Source of the DNA: Okamejei kenojei
Lineage: Eukaryota
Length of the DNA: 64,000 nt
Assembly: GCA_035221665.1 (NCBI GenBank)
Contig: CM069174.1
Span: 8,742,001 to 8,806,000 of the forward strand
Reading direction: 5' to 3'
Positions 20,029 through 64,000 of the stretch are shown here, piece after piece. Each line of letters starts with the position of its first letter. The stretch's first letter is position 1. Below the pieces are notes generated by a model. That model was given only the letters and a program-made list of their open reading frames with translations. It was not told the DNA's origin and searched no databases. Position numbers and translations under genes: made by a program.

Positions 20029-22760
20029 TTAAAATTGAAGAATGCCTTCACCCTCCATTTAAGACCTGCTTCAGTGAGTGAGGCCTGCACAGTATCATTT
20101 TGGGTTTGCACACTTTTATACAGTGCAGGGCACAAAAATGTTGCATTATGCAAAAGACTTTCTAGGCCAAATGACTTGCATATACGCTGCCCCATCAGTA
20201 TATATATCTGTACTCAGACAATAAAACAAAAAGAGGTTTGAGCAAGGTGCTGAGGACTTCAAATTCCTGTGAACCTGATCGCTAAACGAACAGTGAGCAT
20301 TTTTAGGAGAATGGGAGAAGAAATGGTTAACAAAAGATGTTTGCTCCTCAAACAGTTTGGTGAATAAAACCACAAATGTCATGGAGATCACAAGAGCTAA
20401 ATCTGAATAAGCTGATCTCAGCCAAAGCACTAGGAGCCATGGGTTGGCAAGTGGAGAAGTACACACGCCAGATTTTTTCAGTGCTTATTCCATTATGACA
20501 AGCCCTTCCTGCCTCCCTGCTCCCCATCCACCTCCAACCATGCTGGTAAAAGTATGCAAGACACAAGGCGAGAAAAGAATAAGCTGTTGGTCCATAAACA
20601 ATAACCCCCTTTTTCATACAAAGAATGGTCATTAGTGTGTATACCAGAGGAAATCATATCCCATAAGCCTTAACAAAAAGGGATAAATATATACACACAC
20701 ATATAAAAATGATATCAAAGACGAATAGATAGGTACTAAATTTGATCACTTTTCATTTGATCAGGGAATCTGCATCAAGTAACACCAAAAGAGTCTGACA
20801 TTATTTGGCTCATAAACTCTTCACTGCTGCTTCATTTGAAAAAGGCAAAAAAACAAAAATACAGTATAGCAACTAATTCACAAAATTCTACAAATACCCA
20901 CGATAGGTCCTTGGATCAATGCCTTGTGATCTGTTGTACTCTTCAGAGTTAATTAATTAAAGTACTGATCACACATTATTATGTTCAAGTATCTTGGCTC
21001 GGCATTTATATACAGATAAAACAAATAATTTCTCTCACTATTCTTCCTCCTGGTATGAGTTGCAACAATAAAGGATGATTTGCTTGGTGGTGGGATGGGG
21101 AGTTGAAGGTAGTGAAGCCATTGCATAATATGATGTCATGATGGCTTCTCGTAACGAGTTACTTAGAAACACTGCTCAAATAGAACATAACTGAAGGAGC
21201 AAATTCAATTTTCCAAACATGAACTTCAACTTACAAAAAAATGCCCAAATCTATTGTCATATTTTACAGATCAAAGTAAGCAATTGAAGATAAGGATTTA
21301 AGCTTCTTCCTACCCATGATGTACCACAGAGTGCTGTCTGAATGTTCCAGGTATTTATTTTGTGGTCACTCAGGCTAATGCTTGGTTCATCGATACTCAA
21401 AGCACCAAAGCTCTCAGCAAATCTGGCAAAAGAATCATTCCTGGATTTCACGGACCCACATCTCCTTTCTCTTTTAGTGTCCTTTACTTTCAGAATATTT
21501 GATTGTAACGATTGCGTAACTTGACTGAAAACATACTGCTCTTCCCAGCTTTGTATGGCTCATGGAAAGGCTCAGCCTGACTGGTAGTTAGTCTGACTCA
21601 GTCTAACTAACCTAACCGGTAGTTGAGCAAAGCCATGACTGGAGACTAGAGTGAAGGGGGAGTTCCTTCTTTCAATACCACTTCCCTCAATAATTTTTGA
21701 GCATGGATTATATTTCCCTCCATCCCAGAACTGATGTTTTTCTCTCCCCCACCTACATATGGTCATGCCTCAGTCTAGTTCTTTTAACAACCTCGTGTAA
21801 GATGGTGGTAATCAAAGATTTTGAGAAATTTCAGATCAGAGCATTTTAACAATATTTTTAAAAAACAATTCCACAAGTAATTACAGAAATAAGAATATTG
21901 ATGCCCGATTTCTAGGCATTAACCTCTTATCACAATCCTTTAGCTGCCTTAAAAAACCAAATTGTTGCCTTTCACCACTGAACCAAATTAACAGGCCAAT
22001 TAATGCTAATTCAGGCCTCTCAATTTTCAAGTGTCTCAAAGAGCAAATATTATGAATGGAAAATAAAATTATACTTCATTCTGCCCACTTGAGTACACTA
22101 TTTGGTGCAATTACCCCTTTGTGCTACAAAGTTCTCTTTGTTCATTAACAGTGACCAGTGGCAATTCTCCAGCTGTATAATAAGCAATGAACCATTGAAT
22201 CAATAGTCCAAAGATGTAGTCCGTAAAAGGCAATGGTTTTTGCACTTCCAGTTTTTTTGTTTTGCCCAGTCTGCCTCCTTCCCAAATATCTGACAGGTCC
22301 AATATTAAAACTGCATGTGCTGCAAGGGACAGTACCATTGCCTGGTTATTATCAACGACCAGGGGATACTTCCATTTGAGAGACCTAGGTTCCTCTTGTT
22401 TTTTGCTTTGAAGGAACAGCGTAAAACAGTTTCTGCTGGAAAGGCACGGCATTAAACCACCCCTCCCTCCTTTGTACTCGACATCAACGGCAGGAGATTG
22501 GAGTGTTACATTCTGTGTGTGTGTGTGTGTGTGTGTATTTGTCATGACTGACACAAATTGGATGACACACACACACAGAGATACAAAGGCATTAGTAAAC
22601 TAGTCATTTCCTCCAGTTAGATTGTCAGTCTTCTGACTATGAGATAAAGAGTCACCCATTCTCACCCTATCCCCACCCTCCCCATACCTTCCAAAGTTCA
22701 AAAATAAACCCTTTGCTTGTTGTTGAGTTGCCAGATAGATAGAACCCTGAAGGTGATCCT

Positions 22761-63153
<40,393 letters not shown>

Positions 63154-64000
63154 CTGCAAAGCGCATAAAACGAAAAGGAGAGAGTTAATAAAGGTAGGGA
63201 ACAATGACAATTGGAAGCCGAGGACGAAGAGAAGAGAGAATTTAATCATACTTTTGGGACTAATGCAGGGAATTAATGAGTTTTGAATGGAGACTGAACA
63301 CAAATACAGCCAAATTTGCGTAAAATTTGAGCTCACAATATTGCAAGTAGATCACAGTTTGTAAAAACTACAGATGTTCCTTACATTGGAAACTTATTCT
63401 TGAAATATCTATCATGCCGTTCCACTTTGGCCATTGATCTTCCAAATTAAAAAAAGTTTCTTTACAAATACTCTGAACTTGTGCTAAAACCTCCGGATGG
63501 TCCCAGGAAGCCTGATTTTCAGCGGTCTTGCGATATCCTAAAAATTGTGCATCATAAGTAGAGGGTAGCTCAACCCCAAAGAGAACAAGAATGGGAGATG
63601 CAGGGATCTTAATCGTTGTAAACTCACAAACACATCTATTTGATCATTCAACATTTCTTTTTTCATCATGTATGTGATTATTCTTTGCTTCAATCTTTTA
63701 ATGGGGATCTTTGTAATGATCACACAATATTCTGTCAAGTAAATGTTTGAGTCAGTTAACTCTAAACGGGTGTCGGGGGAGGGGTGGGAGCTGAAGTAGA
63801 AATAGAGGGATAAAGGCTGTTTGCAATGAGTAGGTAATAGAATTCGATTTTAAGCCCCCTTTACGCAATGACTGTAGGCCACCCTGAAGCGAGAGTGACC
63901 ACACACAAATGGTATTTGTGAATGCAGATACCAATATCTTGGCCTAGTGATGGTTTTATTCAGCGCATTCCTCCGCAATATTACCATGATAAGCGTCAGC

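Noticed and set aside
63154-64000. ERBB3 exon 3, and likewise PA2G4 exon 5 in 1-2233
   Set aside because: No matching coding sequence with splice sites was found; both are presumed outside the window.

Overview
This is eukaryotic, intron-rich vertebrate genomic DNA. The HE1-type V-SINEs, HER1/CR1-type LINEs and Penelope-derived repeats point to a cartilaginous fish, probably a skate or ray (inference). Two minus-strand genes were reconstructed by hand from GT-AG exons with consistent phases. The first is ERBB3 (HER3): 25 coding exons equivalent to human exons 4-28, from 63153 down to the stop at 22761, about 1118 aa in the window; exons 1-3 lie beyond the right edge. The second is PA2G4 (EBP1, ErbB3-binding protein 1): exons 1-4, from ATG 10873 down to 2234, continuing off the left edge. 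The tandem order matches human. The rest is intron/intergenic DNA full of CR1, Rex1/Babar, L2-type and Penelope fragments, SINEs, a hAT MITE and a Tc1 end. Almost all ORF-track ORFs are spurious, exon read-throughs or TE remnants. The most notable observations: (1) an ERBB3 that keeps the HRN pseudokinase loop but retains VAIK and the alphaC Glu, and has a short C-tail with only two YxxM motifs; (2) many Penelope-derived repeats carrying a minimal hammerhead-ribozyme core; (3) a highly palindromic Crypton-like element with recombinase-site-like motifs; (4) an E-box/YY1-like tandem array in PA2G4 intron 1; (5) a duplicated C/D-snoRNA-like element in PA2G4 introns 3 and 4. No database searches were possible, so TE family names and novelty are unverified and most TE boundaries are approximate.
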